From the NCBI RefSeq assembly GCF_009914755.1, contig NC_060927.1: a stretch of 64,000 nucleotides of DNA, one strand, 5' to 3'. Below are positions 23,921-38,905 of this stretch, one piece after another; the stretch's first letter is position 1, and every line of letters begins with the position of its first letter. The notes under the pieces were generated by a model. It did not search any database. It worked only from the letters and a program-made list of their open reading frames with translations, and was not told the DNA's origin. The translations under genes and the position numbers were made by a program. This stretch comes from the human T2T-CHM13v2.0 reference genome, Homo sapiens.

Positions 23921-26900
23921 CTCACTGAGCTTCTTTACTATTATTTTTAATTTTTTTCAAGCATTTTATAATTTTTTCTTCACTGGAATCTATTGCTAGA
24001 GAATTATTTTTTCCTTTGGAGGTGTCACATTTCTTTCCTTTTTTATGTTTCTTGTGTCCTTGCATTGATATCTACGCCTCTGATATACTAGTTCCTTCTT
24101 CCAATATTTTGGATTGGCTTTTGTAGGGGAAGACTTTTTCCTGTAATTGTATCTATGGTGTCTGTTGGCATGTAAGCTTTTATTCTGAGTGTGTGCAGTA
24201 ATGTAGTCTTCATATGATTTCTCTGGTTGTAAATGGTCTCAGTGGTGTCTGTGATTTCCTCAGTGGCTTAGGCTATGTTTGTTATGGAGGCTGTGCTTGG
24301 CATAAAGACACCAGGTGGGCCAATTCTCAGGCCTCATTGGTGGCAGCAGCTGGCTGAGTGTGCTTGTCCTTGGGCCCCCAGGCAGCCAGTATTACATGGA
24401 CACCAATGTTAGTGGGTCCAGGCAGGCCAATTCACAAGGCTCCAAGTGGCTTGCTCCAGCATGTAGCAGTGGCAACATGGGATGGGTAGGTAGGCAGGCC
24501 CTTCGTCAACATGTGTGACATGGGCAACGATAGTATTCATCATAGGAAAACCCTCTGGCTCCCAGGAAGCTCCTGCTGGTGTTAGTGGTGGTAACAAAGG
24601 GCTGGGGAGGCCCATCCCCAGATACCCAGGTGGAACATGCAGGTGAATGTCAATGGTGGTGATGGTGACAGGCTGGGAAGGCTCATCCTCCGGCCCCCAG
24701 AACTGCATGGATGCCAGAAGTAGTGGATGATGTGCAGCAGACAACACAGCACAATCCCCAGGCCCCCAGGCAATGCGCTCAAGCACTAGGAGGGACAGCA
24801 CCAGGCAGAACCTGCCTGTCCTTAGGCCTGCACAGATGCAGGCTGTAGTGGGTGGATCAGAGGAATCCCCATGACCCCTTTGGCATGCTCAAGTGGCAGC
24901 AGCAGTGTCAGCATTGGTTGGGGAGAGCCTGTTCTCAGGAGCATGTGAGTGTGCTGAGGCCCTGCTGTTAAGGAGAGTTTCTGTTTAGTGGCAGCTACCC
25001 CAGGCAGGCAGCTTTCAGGCTCTGGAGCGTATGCCCTTCCATTCCCTTTGTCCTGGAGGCAGCCTCTCTGGTGAGACCCAAGTAGCTGGGGATACTACTG
25101 GGGATCTCTCTGTTGCCTTTTTCTGCACAAGGAGTCTTTCTGGGATCCCTGCCTATCCCAGCCAGGCTGGCTGCTTCATTTCTCTCTTTTTTCATGCCTT
25201 ATTTCTGTTACTTCCCTCCTAAGTTTCAGTGATCTCTCTTAGATTCTCTACTTGAAGTGTGATTATCTACTTGCTGCTTTGGTTCTTCTTAGTGGAGGAA
25301 AAGTGTCAGGTGCCTCTACCTAGCCATTGAAGATCATCTCCTGTCCTTCTTTTTCAATATTGTTTTAACTATTTGAAGTCTCTTGCAATTCCACATGCAG
25401 TTGAGGATTTCCCATTTCTGCAGAAAAGGCCATTGGGATTTTAATAAGGATTGCATTGAATATGTAGATCTCTTTGAGGAGTATTACCGTCTTGAGAATA
25501 TTAAGTCTCTATTCCATGCACAGAGAATGTCTTTCCATTTATTTATACTTTCTTCAATTTCTTTTAGTACCATTTTGTAGTTTTCAGTGTAGAGGTCTTG
25601 CTCCTTACTTGAATTTATTCCTAAGTATTTTATTATTTTTGATGCTATTATAAATGTAATTGTTTCCTCAATTTCCTTTTAAGATTGTTCATTGCTGATA
25701 TATAGAAATACAACTCATTTTTGCATGTTTTTGTATCCTGTAACTTTGCTGAATTTGTTTATTAGCCCTAAGGAGTTTGGGATCTTGTTGTGGTATGTTT
25801 AGGATGTACATCATATGTGAATAGAGATCATTTTACTTCTTTCTCTCCAGTTTGGATATTTTTTATTTATTTTTATTTTCCTTGACTAATTATCCTGGGT
25901 AAAACTTCCAGTATAATGGTGAATAGAAGTGGTGAAAGTGGGCATTCTTGCCTTGTTGTGCTAATAGAGGGGAGCTTCCAGTCTTCCAAAAATTAGCATG
26001 CTCTCAGCTTTGAGTTTTTTAATAAATTCCCTTTCTTGTGTTGAGGAAGTTCCCTTCCGTTCCTAGTTTTTTTGAGAATTTTTATCATGGCAGAATGTAA
26101 GATTTTTGTCAAATGCTTTTTCTCCATCAATTGAGATCATGTGACTTTTTTCTTCATTCTATTAATGTGGTTTATTACATAGATTGATTTTCATATGTGG
26201 AACCAATTTTGCATTCTTAGGATAAATCCCACTTTTACGTGATGTCTAATCCTTTTAATATGCTACTGGATTTAGTTTGCTGGTATTTTGTTGAGGATTT
26301 TTGCATCTATATTCAAAAGGAATATTGGTCTGTAGTTTTCTTTTCTTGTGATTTCTTTGTCTGGGTTTGGCATCAGGATAATGTTGGTCTCATAGAATGA
26401 GTTAGGAAGTGTTCCTTTTTCTTCTATTTATTGAAGAAACTTGAGAAGAATCAGTGTTAACCCTTGTTTAAATGTTTAATACACTGTATTCACCAATAAA
26501 GTCATCTGGTCCTGGGCCCTTTTTTGTTAGATTTTTTTATTACAGATTCAAACTCTTTACTAGTTATACACCTCTTCAGATTTTCTGTTTCTTCTTGGGT
26601 CAGTTTTGGTACTTTGTGTGTTTTAGGAACTTTTCCATTTTATCTAGGTTATCTAGTTTATTAGTGTACAAATGCTCATAGTGTTCTTTTATAATGCTTT
26701 TTATTTCTATAAGGTCAGTAATGTCCCCACTTTCATTTCTGATTTTAGTTTAGTAATTCAAGCTCTCTCTTGGGTTTCGTTTCCTCTTCTTTTTTAGTTC
26801 CTTAACTTAGGTTATTAATTTGAGACTTTGATCTTTTTAATGTAGGCACTAGCTGCTATAAATGTCCTTCTGAGCACCGCTTTTACTATATCCCATAAGT

Positions 26901-27292
26901 TTTGGTATGTTTGTTTTCATTTTCATTTATCTCAATGTATTTTCTAATTTCCTTGTGATTTTTTCTTTGACCCATTAGTTATTTAATGTCCATGTATTTG
27001 TGAACTTCTCAACTTTCCTTCTGTTGCTGATTTTTAGTTTTATTCCATTATGATTACAGAAGATGTTTCTTACAATTTTAATCTTTTTAAACATATAGGG
27101 ACTTGTTTAGTCTATTCTGGAGAATGTACCATGTGCACTTAAGAATAATGTGTATTCTGCTGTTTTGGGGTGAAGGGTTCTGCATGCATCTGTTAGGTCT
27201 AGTTGGTTTATAATGTTATTCGAGTCTTTTGTATATAGATAGATAGATTATCTGTCTAGTTGTTCCACCTCATTATTGGAAGTGGGACATTA

Positions 27293-27607
<315 letters not shown>

Positions 27608-28824
27608 CTAACTATTACCGTAGAACTGTTGATTTCTACTTTCATTTCTGGCAATTTTTGCTTCATATATTTTGATGCTCTGTAGTTAGTTGTGTATATT
27701 ATCATTATATCATCTGTTGTATCCTCCAGATTGACTCTTTATCAATATGTAATGCACTTTTGTATTTTATAATAATTTTTACTTAAAGTTTATTTTGTCT
27801 GATATTGGTGTAGCCAACCTTGTGCTCTTTTGGTTTCTATTTACATGAATATCACTTCCCATCCTTTTACTTTCAACCTATGTGTCTTTAGATCTAAAGT
27901 TAGTCTCTCATAGGCAGTATATTGATGAATCATGTTTGTTTCCCCCTTTCTGCTAATCTTTGCCTTTTAATTGAAAGTTTAATCCATTTCCATATAACAC
28001 AATAAAGAAGGACTAAACATTTTACCATTTGTTTTCTCTATGTCATTCATCTTTCTGTTCCTCAGTTCCTTATTAGTGCCTTCTTTTTTATTTGATTTTT
28101 CTAGTATAACGTTTGGTTTCTGTCTCATTTCTGTTTTGTATATATTTTGGTTATCTTCTTTGTGGTTATATTAGAGATTATAATTCAATCTATAAATTTA
28201 TAACCACCTAGTTAAAAAGAAACTCTACCCTTCTACGATTTGAGCCTTTGGTGCTTTTCTCTTTAATTGCTATTGTCACAAATTACATCTTTAAATATGT
28301 GTGCCTATTTAACACAGATTCATAGTTGTTGTCTTATGAATGTGTCTTTTAAATCATATAGGGAAAAATTACAAATCAAAATAAAATAATACTGGCTTTT
28401 ATATTTACCTATGTAGCTACCTTTACTGGCATTCCTTGTTTCTTCATATGGCTATGAGTTACTGTCTAGTGTTCTTTTATTTCAGTCTAAAGGATTTCCT
28501 TCAACATATCTTATAGGGCAGGTCTACAGAGAATAAACTCCCTCAGCTTTTGTTTATTTGGAAATGTCTTGATTTCTTCTTCCTTTTTGAAGGATACTTT
28601 TGTCAGATTGGAGATTATTGTTTACAATTTTTTTCAGCACTCTAAATATGTCATCCCACTACCTTCTGGGCTCTAAGGCTTCTGACGAGTAATTGGCCAA
28701 TACTCTTATTAAGGAGCCCATGTATATGATGAGTCACTTCTTGCTGCTCTCAAAATTTTCTTTGGCTTTGTCTTTTGACAGTTTGATTGTAATGTGTGGA
28801 TCTCTTTGAGTTTATCCTACTTGA

Positions 28825-29188
<364 letters not shown>

Positions 29189-29629
29189 TAATTTAGGGAT
29201 TTTTCAACCATTATTTCTTCAAATATTCTTTCTGCTTTCTCCCTCTCCTCTCCTCCTTGGACTCTCATTATACATAGTAGTATACTTGATAGTGTTTCAC
29301 AAGCCTCTCTATTCATTTTACTTTATTCTTTTTTCTTTCTGGTCTTCAGACTGGATAATCTCATTGATCTATCTCAAGGTAGCTTTTTTTCTTCTTCTTA
29401 CTGTTCAAATCTCCTGTTGAAACCCTATAGTAAATGTTTTATTTCAGTTTTTATATTTCTCAGCTCCATAATTTCCACTCAGTTTCTTTCTTACATTTTA
29501 ATCTCTTTGTTGGTATTCTCTATTTGGTAAGATTGTGTTTGGGTTTTCTTTAGTTCTTTCCACATGGTTTTCCTTAGCTTTTGAGCTGGGGTGTAGGGGT
29601 TGGTAGCCAGGTATGTTAACATATGGTCA

Positions 29630-31355
29630 ATAGATTGCAAAATTTTTCTCCCATTCTGTAGGTTGCCTGTTCACTCTGATGATAGTTTCTTTTGCTGTGC
29701 AGAAGCTCTTTAGTTGAATTAGATCCCATTTGTCAATTGCGGCTTTTGTTGCCATTGCTTTTGGTGTTTTAATCACAAAGTCTTTACCCATGCCTGTGTC
29801 CTGAATGGTATTGCCTAGGTTTTCTTCTAGGGTTTTTGTGGTTTTAGGTATTACATTTAAGTCTTTAATCCATCTTGAGTTAATTTTTGTATAACGTGTA
29901 AAGAAGGCGTCCAGTTTCAGTTTTCTGCATATGGCTAGCCAGTTTTCCCAACACCATTTTTTAAATAGGGAATCCTTTCCCCATTGGTTGCTTTTGTCAG
30001 ATTTGTCAAAGATCAGATGTTGTAGATGTATTATTTCTGAGATGGCATTATTTCTGAGGCCTCTGTTCTGTTCCATTGGTCTACATATCTGTTTTGGTAC
30101 CAGTACCATCTGTTTTGGTTACTGTAGCCTTGTAGTATAGTTTGAAGTCAGGCAGCACGATGGCTCCAGCTTTGTTCTTTTTGCTTAGGATTGTCTTGGC
30201 TGTACAGGCTCTTTTTTGGTTCCATATGAAATTTAAAGTACTTTTTCCTAATTCCATGAGAAAGTCAATGGTAGCTTGATGGGGATAGCATTGAATCTAT
30301 AAATTACTTAGGGCAGTATGGCCATTTTCACAATATTGAGTCTTCCTATCCATGAGCATGGAATGTTTTTCCATTTGTTTGCGTCCTGTCTGATTTCCTT
30401 GAGCTGTAGTTTGTAGTTCTCCTTGAAGAGCTCCTTCACATCCATCTGACAAACGGCCAATATCGAGAATCTACAAGGAACTTAAGCAAATTTACAAGAA
30501 AAAAACAAACAACCCCATCAAAAAGTGGGCAAAGGATATAACAGACACTTCTCAAAAGAAGACATTTATGTGGCCAACAAACATATGAAAAAAAGCTCAT
30601 CATCACTGGTCATTAGAGAAATGCAAATCAAAATACAATGAGATACCATCTCATGCCTATTAGAATGGCCATCATTAAAGTCAGGAAACAACAGATGCTG
30701 GAGAGGATGTGGAGAAATAGGAACGCTTTTACAATGTTGGTGGGAGTGTAAATTAGTTCAACCATTGTGGAAGACAGTGTGGTGATTCCTCAAGGATCTA
30801 GAACCAGAAATATCATTTGACCCAGCAGTCCCATTACTGGGTATATACCCAAAGGATTATAAATCATTCTACTATAAAGACACATGCACTCGTATGTTTA
30901 TTGCAGCACTGTTCACAATAGCAAAGATTTGGAACCAACCCAAATGCCCATCAATGATAGACTGGATAAAGAAAATGTGGCACATATATACCATGGAATA
31001 CTATGCAGCCATAAAAAAGGATGAGTTCATGTCCTTTGCAGGGACATGGAAGAAGCTGGAAACCATCATTCTCAGCAAACTAACACAAGAACAGAAAAAC
31101 CAAACATCACATGTTCTTACTTATAAGTGGGAATTGAACAATGACAACAGATGGACACAGGGAGGGGAACATCACGCACCACCAGGGCCTGTTGGAGGGT
31201 AGGGGGCTAGGGGAGGGATAGCATTGGGAGAAATACCTAATGTAGATGACTGGTTGATGGGTGCAGCAAACCACCATGGCACATGTATACCTACATAACA
31301 AACCTGCACGTTCTGCACATGTACCCCAGAACTTAAAGTATATTAAAAAAAAAAA
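29630..31355 (+). mobile_element. 5'-inverted, truncated L1PA (L1PA7-like)
   Basis: Antisense ORF2 segment 29630-30442, then sense ORF2 end, 3'UTR and A-tail (30443-31355). Confidence 0.92.
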
Positions 31356-33200
31356 TGCTGTGTTACTCTCCTGCTGAAGTTTAACAGCTTTTCTCTTCAT
31401 AAGCATTCCCTTGGTGTCGTGAATTTTTAAAATTTGATTTCAGAGCTCCAAAAAAGTTGATTCTGACACTTTATGCCAGATTAATTCTTGCTTTAGTGGA
31501 AGAACAGAGCTTTGGAGTGCACTACTCTCTCATTTTTCATTGGTGTCACTAAATATATTTGCTTTTAAATGGTGTCTGACCATTTCTATGTGACAGTTTA
31601 TAATTACTTTTCGCAGTTTCTGAACACTTGGAACCTTGTTCTCAAAAGTTATACATTTTCATTTTCATTAGAGATAGCCTAGTTCCTGTATGCCAAAATG
31701 TGTTTACTTGTATGGCCACTCTTAGAGATCTTACAGGCTTTCACTGAATATAGCTTCATCTGCTTCTGCTTGAACATGTTGGGGTGTACAGGAACACCAT
31801 CTACAACTAGTTTGCTTCACCATCCCCAAGTGCTCCGGGTAGCCATTTTCCCACTTCTCCTCCATCTACCTCTCAAAAATGAATATTTAACACTGAAATG
31901 ACTACCCAAAAAAAATTACCTGTTCAGACTGATGTTATCACAGACATTTCAACCATAATACAAATATTTTATTTAATAGCTTTAATTGAACAAATGCAAA
32001 TATAGCCAATACACACAAACCAACATTAGGTTCTCACAATGTGGTCAATTGCGGTTGTTTTAAGCATCATAGCTTAGAATACACTGTCTTTTGTTTATGT
32101 CTCATCTAACCACAGGCAAGGTGGTTTGAATGCTACAGCTTTTATACTTGCTCTAACATTTTAGAAATATATTGTTCCATCATTGGTCTCCAAATAGATT
32201 TATTTTTTTCCTTCCATCTTCTATTTTAGGTTCAGAGGGTACATACACAAGTTTGTTACATTGGTAAATTGCATGTTGCTGGAGTTTGGTGTGCAAATTA
32301 TTTCATCACCCATGTAGACAGCATATCAACTAATAGGTTGTTTATCCAGTCTCACCCTCCTCTCACTTTTCATCCTCAAGTAGGCCTCGGTATTTACTGT
32401 TCCCTTCTTTGTGTCCACATGTACGCAATGCTTAGGTCGCATTTATAAGTGAGAACATTTAAGTATTTGACTTTCTGTGCCTGCATTAATTTACTTAAGA
32501 TAATGGCCTCCTAAGCTCCATCCATGTTGCTGCAAAGAAAATGATTTCATTCGGTTTTATGGCTGCATAGTATTTCATGATGTATATGTGCCACATTTTC
32601 TTTATCCAGTCCACCGTTGATGGGCACCTCTGCTCATTCCATGTCTTTGCTATAGTCAATAGTGCTGTGACGAACATACATGTAAATTTTTGGTAAAACG
32701 ATCTCATTCCTTTGGACGTATAGCCAGTAATGGAATTGTTGGGTTGAATGGTGGTTCTAAGTTCTTTGAGAAATCTCCAAACTGCTTTCTAGAGTTGCTG
32801 AACTAACTTACATTCCCACCAGTGGTGTATAAGCATTCCCTTTTCTTCACAGCCTCACCAGTGTTCTTTTTTGTCTTTTTCTATTAATAGTCATTCTAAT
32901 TGGTATGAAATGGTACCTCATTGTGGTTTTCATTCGCATTTCCCTAATGATTAGTGGTATTGACCATTTTTTTTCATATGCTTGCAGCCAGATGTATGTT
33001 TTCTTTTGAGAAGTGATTGTTCATGCTCTTTGCCCATTTTTAAACGGGATTGTTTGGTTTTGTGGTTGTTGACTTTTTAAAGTTCCTTATAGACTCGTAT
33101 ATTAGACCTTTGTCAGATGCATAGCTTGCAAATATTTTCTACCCATCTGTAGGTTGTCTGTTTACTCTGTTGATAGTTTTATTTGTTTGTTTTTTTGTTT

Positions 33201-33204
<4 letters not shown>

Positions 33205-33236
<32 letters not shown>
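33205..33236. repeat. (TG)16 microsatellite
   Basis: Read directly from the sequence. Confidence 0.95.
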
Positions 33237-33239
<3 letters not shown>

Positions 33240-35228
33240 AAGCTCTTTAGTTTAATTAGGTCTCACTTGTCAATTTTTGATGTTGCTGCCATTGCTTTTG
33301 GCATCTTCATCAGGAAATTTGCCAGTTCTTAAGTCCAGAATGGCACTTTCTAAGTTTTATAGTTTGAGAGCTTACATATAAGTCATTAATTCACCTTGAG
33401 ATAATGTTTATATATGGTGTAAGGAAGGGGTCTAGTTTTAATCTTCTGCATATGGCTAGCCAGTTATCCCAGCACTGCTTATTTAATAGGGGGTCCTTTC
33501 ACAGTTGCCTGTAATTGTTGACTTTGCGAAAGATCAGGTGGTTGTAGGTGTTCAGCTTAATTTCTGGGTTCTCTAATCTGTTCCATTGGTTTATGTGTCT
33601 GTTTTTGTGCCAGCACAGTGCTGTTTTGTGTACTGTAATCTTGTAGTATAGTTTAAAGTGGTGCAGTGTGATGCCTCTAGCTTTGCTCTTTTTGCTTAGG
33701 ATTGATTTGGCTATTCAGGCTCTTTAGTTGTTGTTGTTGTTCCATATGAATTTTAAAACAGCTTTTTTCTAATTCTATGAAGAATTGCATTGGTAGTTTG
33801 ATAAAAATAAAATTGAATCCATAAATGTTTCTCCATTTGTTTGTGTCATCTCTCATTTCTTTCAGCAGTTTTTTTGTAATTCTCCTTGTAGAGATTTTTC
33901 ACCTCCCTGAGTAGCTGTATTCCTAGGTATTTTATTCTCTTTGTGGCTATTCTGAATGGGATTGCATTCTTGGTTTGACTCTCAACTTGGACATGTTGGT
34001 GTATAGAAACACTCCTGATTTTTGTAAAATTATTTTGCATCCTGAAACTTTACTGAAGCTGTTTATCAGTTCTAGGAGCCTTTGGGCAGAGACTATGGTG
34101 TTTTCTAGGTATAGAATCAATTGAATCTGTGAAGAAAAATAGTTTGACTTCTCTTCCAATTTGAATACCTTTTATATGTTTCTCTTTCCTGATTGCTCTG
34201 CTTAGCACTTCCAGTACTATGTTGAACAGGAGTGGTGAGAGTGAGCATCTTTGTCTTGTTCCAGTTCTCAAAGGGAATGTTTCAAGCCTTTGCCCATCCA
34301 GTATGATGTTTGTTTTAAGTTTTTCATAGATGGCTCTTATTATTTTAAGATATGTTCCTTTGATGCCCAGTTTCCTTTGGGTTTTTAACATGAAGTGGTG
34401 TTGAATTGTATTGAAAGTCTTTTTTGCATCTATTGGGATGATCATGTACTTTTTGTTTTTAGTTCTGTTTCAGTGATAAATCACACTTACTGATTTATGT
34501 ATGTTGAACCAACCTTGCATCCTAGGAATAAAGCCCACTTGATTATGGTAAGTCAGATGTTTTATGTGCTAAATTTGGTTTGCTAGTATTTTGTCCAGGA
34601 ATTTTGCATTTATGTTCATCAAGGATACTGGCCTGAACTTTTCTTTTCTTATTTTATCTCTGCCAGGTTTTTGTATCAGAATGATGCTGGTCTCATAGAA
34701 TGAGTTAGGGAGCAGCCCCTTTTCCTCAATTTTTTGGAATAGTTTCAATAGGATTGGTACCAGCTCTTCTTTACATGTCTGGTAGAAATAAGCTGTGAAT
34801 CTTCTGGTCCAGAGCTTTTTCTGGTTAGTAGGCTTCTTAATACTGATTCAATTTCAGTGCTTGCTATTGGTCTGTTCAGGGTTTCGATTTCTTCCTAGTC
34901 TAATCCTAGAAGGTTTTATTTTTCCAGGAATTTATTCATCTTTTCTAGGTATTCTAATTTGTGTGCATAGAGGTGTTCATAATAGTCTCAGGGATTTTTG
35001 GTATTTCCGTGAGTTTGACGGTAATGTCCCCTTTGTCATTTCTGACTGTCTTTATTTGCATCTCTCTTTTCCTTTATTAGTCTGGCTAGCAGTCTGTCAA
35101 TCTTATTTTTTCTTTCCAAAAACAAACTTCTGGTTTCATTGATCCATTGTACGAATTTTTGCATCTAATTTCATTCTGTTCACATCTGATTTTGGTTATT
35201 TCTTTTCTACTGCTGGTTTTGTGGGTGA

Positions 35229-35594
<366 letters not shown>

Positions 35595-38430
35595 TGAGAT
35601 CGTTATAACCTTTGTTGTGGGTATTTAGTGCTACAAACTTTCCTCCTAACACTGATTTAGCTGTGTTCCAGAGATTCTGATATGTTGTATCTGTGTTTTT
35701 ATTAGTTTCAAATACTTCCTTGTTTTTTGCTTTAATTTCATTGTTTACCCAAAAGTCATTCAGAAGCAGATTGTTTGATTTCCATGTAATTGTATGGTTT
35801 TGAAGGATCTTCTTGGTATTGATTTCTATTTTTAGTGCACTATGTTTTGACAGTGTGGTGGATATGATTTTATTGCTTTTAAATTTATTATGAATTTCTT
35901 TATGGCTGAGCATGCAGTCAATTTTAGTGTATGTGCCATATGAAAATGAGAAAAATGCATATTCTGTTGTTGGCTAAAGTGCTCTGTTGATGTCTTTCAA
36001 GTCCATTTGGTCAAGCATTGAGTTTAGTTCCAAAATATCTTTGTTAGTTTTATGCTTTGATGATCTGTCTAATATTGTCAGTGGGGTGTTGAAGTATCCC
36101 ACTATTATTATGTGGTTATCTACATCTCTTTGTAGGTCTCTAAGAACTTGTTTTATGAATCTGGGTGCTCCAGTGTTGGGTGCATATATATTTAGAATAG
36201 TTAAGACTTCTTGTTTAATTGAACCCTTAATCATTATGTAGTGCCCTTCTTTGTCCTTTTTAATCATTGTTGGTTTAAACTCTTTTTTGTTTGAAATTAG
36301 TACAACAACTCCTATTCTTTTTTGTTTTCTGATGCCTTATAGATTTTTCTCCATTCCTTTATTTTAAGACTATAACTGTCATTGCATGTGAGATGGCTCT
36401 CTTGAAGGCAGCATAGAGTTAGGTCTTTCTTCTTTATCCAACTTGCCATTCTGTGCCTTTTAAGTGGGGCATTTAGCCCATTTTACATTCAGTATTAATA
36501 TTGATATTTAAGGATTTCATCCTGCCATTGTGTTGTTAGCTGGTTGTTATGTAGACTTGATTGTGTAATTGCTTTATGGTGTCAATGGTCTATGTACTTA
36601 TGTGTGTTTTTGTGGTGGTCAGTAGTGGTCTTTTGTTTCCATGTTTAGCACTCCATTAAGGAGCTCTTTTAAGGAAGGTGGTAATAACTTCCCTTAACAT
36701 TTGCTTGTCTGAAAAGGATTTTATTTCTCCTCTGCTCATGAAGCTTAGTTTGGCTGGATGTGAAATTATTGGTTGGAATTTATTATGTAAACATGCTGAA
36801 CATAGGCCCTCAACCTCTTCTGGCTTGTAGGGTTTATGCTGAAACGTCCGCTGTTATCCTGACATGGTTCCATTTGTAGGTGATCTGCCTCTTCTCTATA
36901 GCTGCCTTTAATATTTTTTCTTTCACATTGACCTTTGAGAATCTGATGGCTTTTTGTTCTTGGGGATGGTAATCTTGTATAGCATCTCACAGGGTTTCTC
37001 TGCATTTCCTAAGTTTGAATATTGATCTCTCTAGCAAGGCTGGGAAAAATTTCATGGACAATATCCTCAACTTTGTTTTTCAAGCTTGTTCTCTTTCCCT
37101 GTCTTTCAGGGATGCCAATGGGTCATAGATTTGGCTCTTTACATAGTCCCATATTTCTCAGAAGTTTGGTTCATTTTTTAAAATTCTTTTTTCATTAACT
37201 TTGTCTGATTGAGTTGATTCAAAGAACTGGTATTCCAGCTCAGAGATTCTTTCTTAAGCTTGGCCTATCCTGCTAGTAATACGTCCAATAGTATTATGAA
37301 GTTTTTGTAGTGAGTTTTTCAGCACTATCAGATCAGTTTGGTTCTTTCTTAAAATGGCTATTTCATCTTTCAGTTCTTGAATAATTTTACTGGATTCCTT
37401 AGATTCCTTAGACTGGGTTCAACTTTCTCCTGAATCTCAGTGATCTGCATTGCTATCCAGATTCTGAATTCTATGTCAGTCATTTCAGCTCTTTCAGTCT
37501 GGTTAAGAACCATTGCTGGGAATCTAGTGCAGTCATTTGTAGGTAAGAAGACACCCTGTCTTTTAGAGTTATTGGAGTCCTTGCAATGGCTTTTTCTCAT
37601 CTGTGTGACATGATGTTTCTTTCATCTTTGAAGTTGCTGTTCTTTGGATGGGTCTTTTTCCTTTTATATTCTTTGATGCCCTTGAGGGTTTCGCTGTGGC
37701 ATAAGTTGTGTTTAGTCAACTGGCTTTGTTTCTGGATGATTTCAGGGGGCCAAACGTCAGCTTAGCACTCTTGGGCTACATGCTGTAACCCTGGGGATCC
37801 CCTTCAGGCCCATGACTTTTCTCTCTGGCTCCTTGAGGTTAAGCACCTGGTGCACTAAAGGGACTGAGGTATTCTCAGTCCATTGACAGCAACACTCTTA
37901 TGTGGGGTCCTGGCAAAAGTACTTAATCAGGGTGGTGGGGTCCACACTTGCATGCACATGCTGGCAGCAGCAGGGCAGCAAGGTCTGCACTCACACAGAG
38001 GCTGGTCGGGTTGGGGGCAACATGAGCTCCACGCATGCATGCACCAGCAAAGTGGTGGGGGGTGGCTGCAGGCAGGTGTGTGCTGGCAGTGGCCCTCTGC
38101 AAAAAACTCTCTGATGGCTAGGCAGGGTCTGCCAGTGAAAGAGCTATGGAGGTGGCCACTGGGAAACACCCTAGTTGGGCATCTGAGGATGCACTGCCAG
38201 TGGGTGCAGGCAGGAAAGGATCCTGGGAGAAGATGGAAGACAGCGAGGCACTCAGATCTGAATGGTCCCATCCCACAGGCAAGATAGTTCTGGTCTGTCT
38301 AGATCCAACAATCAACAAAAGCCAAAGCCAGCTAAGGGAACATGGCAAGCTTTGAGGGATGGATGTCCCTTGCTGTGTTCCACTGCAGCCATTCCCATGC
38401 CAAACCCTCTGGGCTTCACACAGGCTGGAG

Positions 38431-38905
38431 TGTTGGGAACAGGCCCCCATATCTGGCCATAAACAGGCCCCCAAACTGGCCATAAACAAAATCTCTGCAG
38501 CACTGTGACATGCTCATGATAGCTACGATGCCCACGCTGAAGGTTGTTGGTTTACAGGAAAGAGGGTAAGGAACACCTGGCCCACCCAGGGCGGAAAACC
38601 ACTTAAGGTGTTCCTGAACCACAAACAATAGATGAGTGATCTGTGCCTTAAGGACATGTTCCTGCTGCGGATAACTAGCCAGAGTCCATCCGTTTGTTTC
38701 CCGTTTTAATCTATAATCTATGGAAACAATGCTTATCACTGGCTTGCTGTCAATAAATATGTGGGTAAAACTCTGTTCATGGCTCTCAGCTCTGAAGGCT
38801 GTCAGCCCCTTGATTCCCACTCTGCACTCTATATTTCTGTGTGTGTGTCTTTAATTCCTCTAGTGCCACTGGGTTAGGGTCTCCACGACTGAGCTGGTCT
38901 CGGCA
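38431..38905 (+). mobile_element. MER9 solo LTR (HERV-K HML-3)
   Basis: TGTTGGGAACAGGCCCCC...GGTCTCGGCA; 6-bp TSD CTGGAG (38425-38430 / 38906-38911), the length expected for ERVK. Confidence 0.92.

Noticed and set aside
31735-31801. Possible minus-strand exon in unique DNA (ag...CCT|gtaaga)
   Set aside because: No pyrimidine tract, a weak donor, and no recognisable homology.
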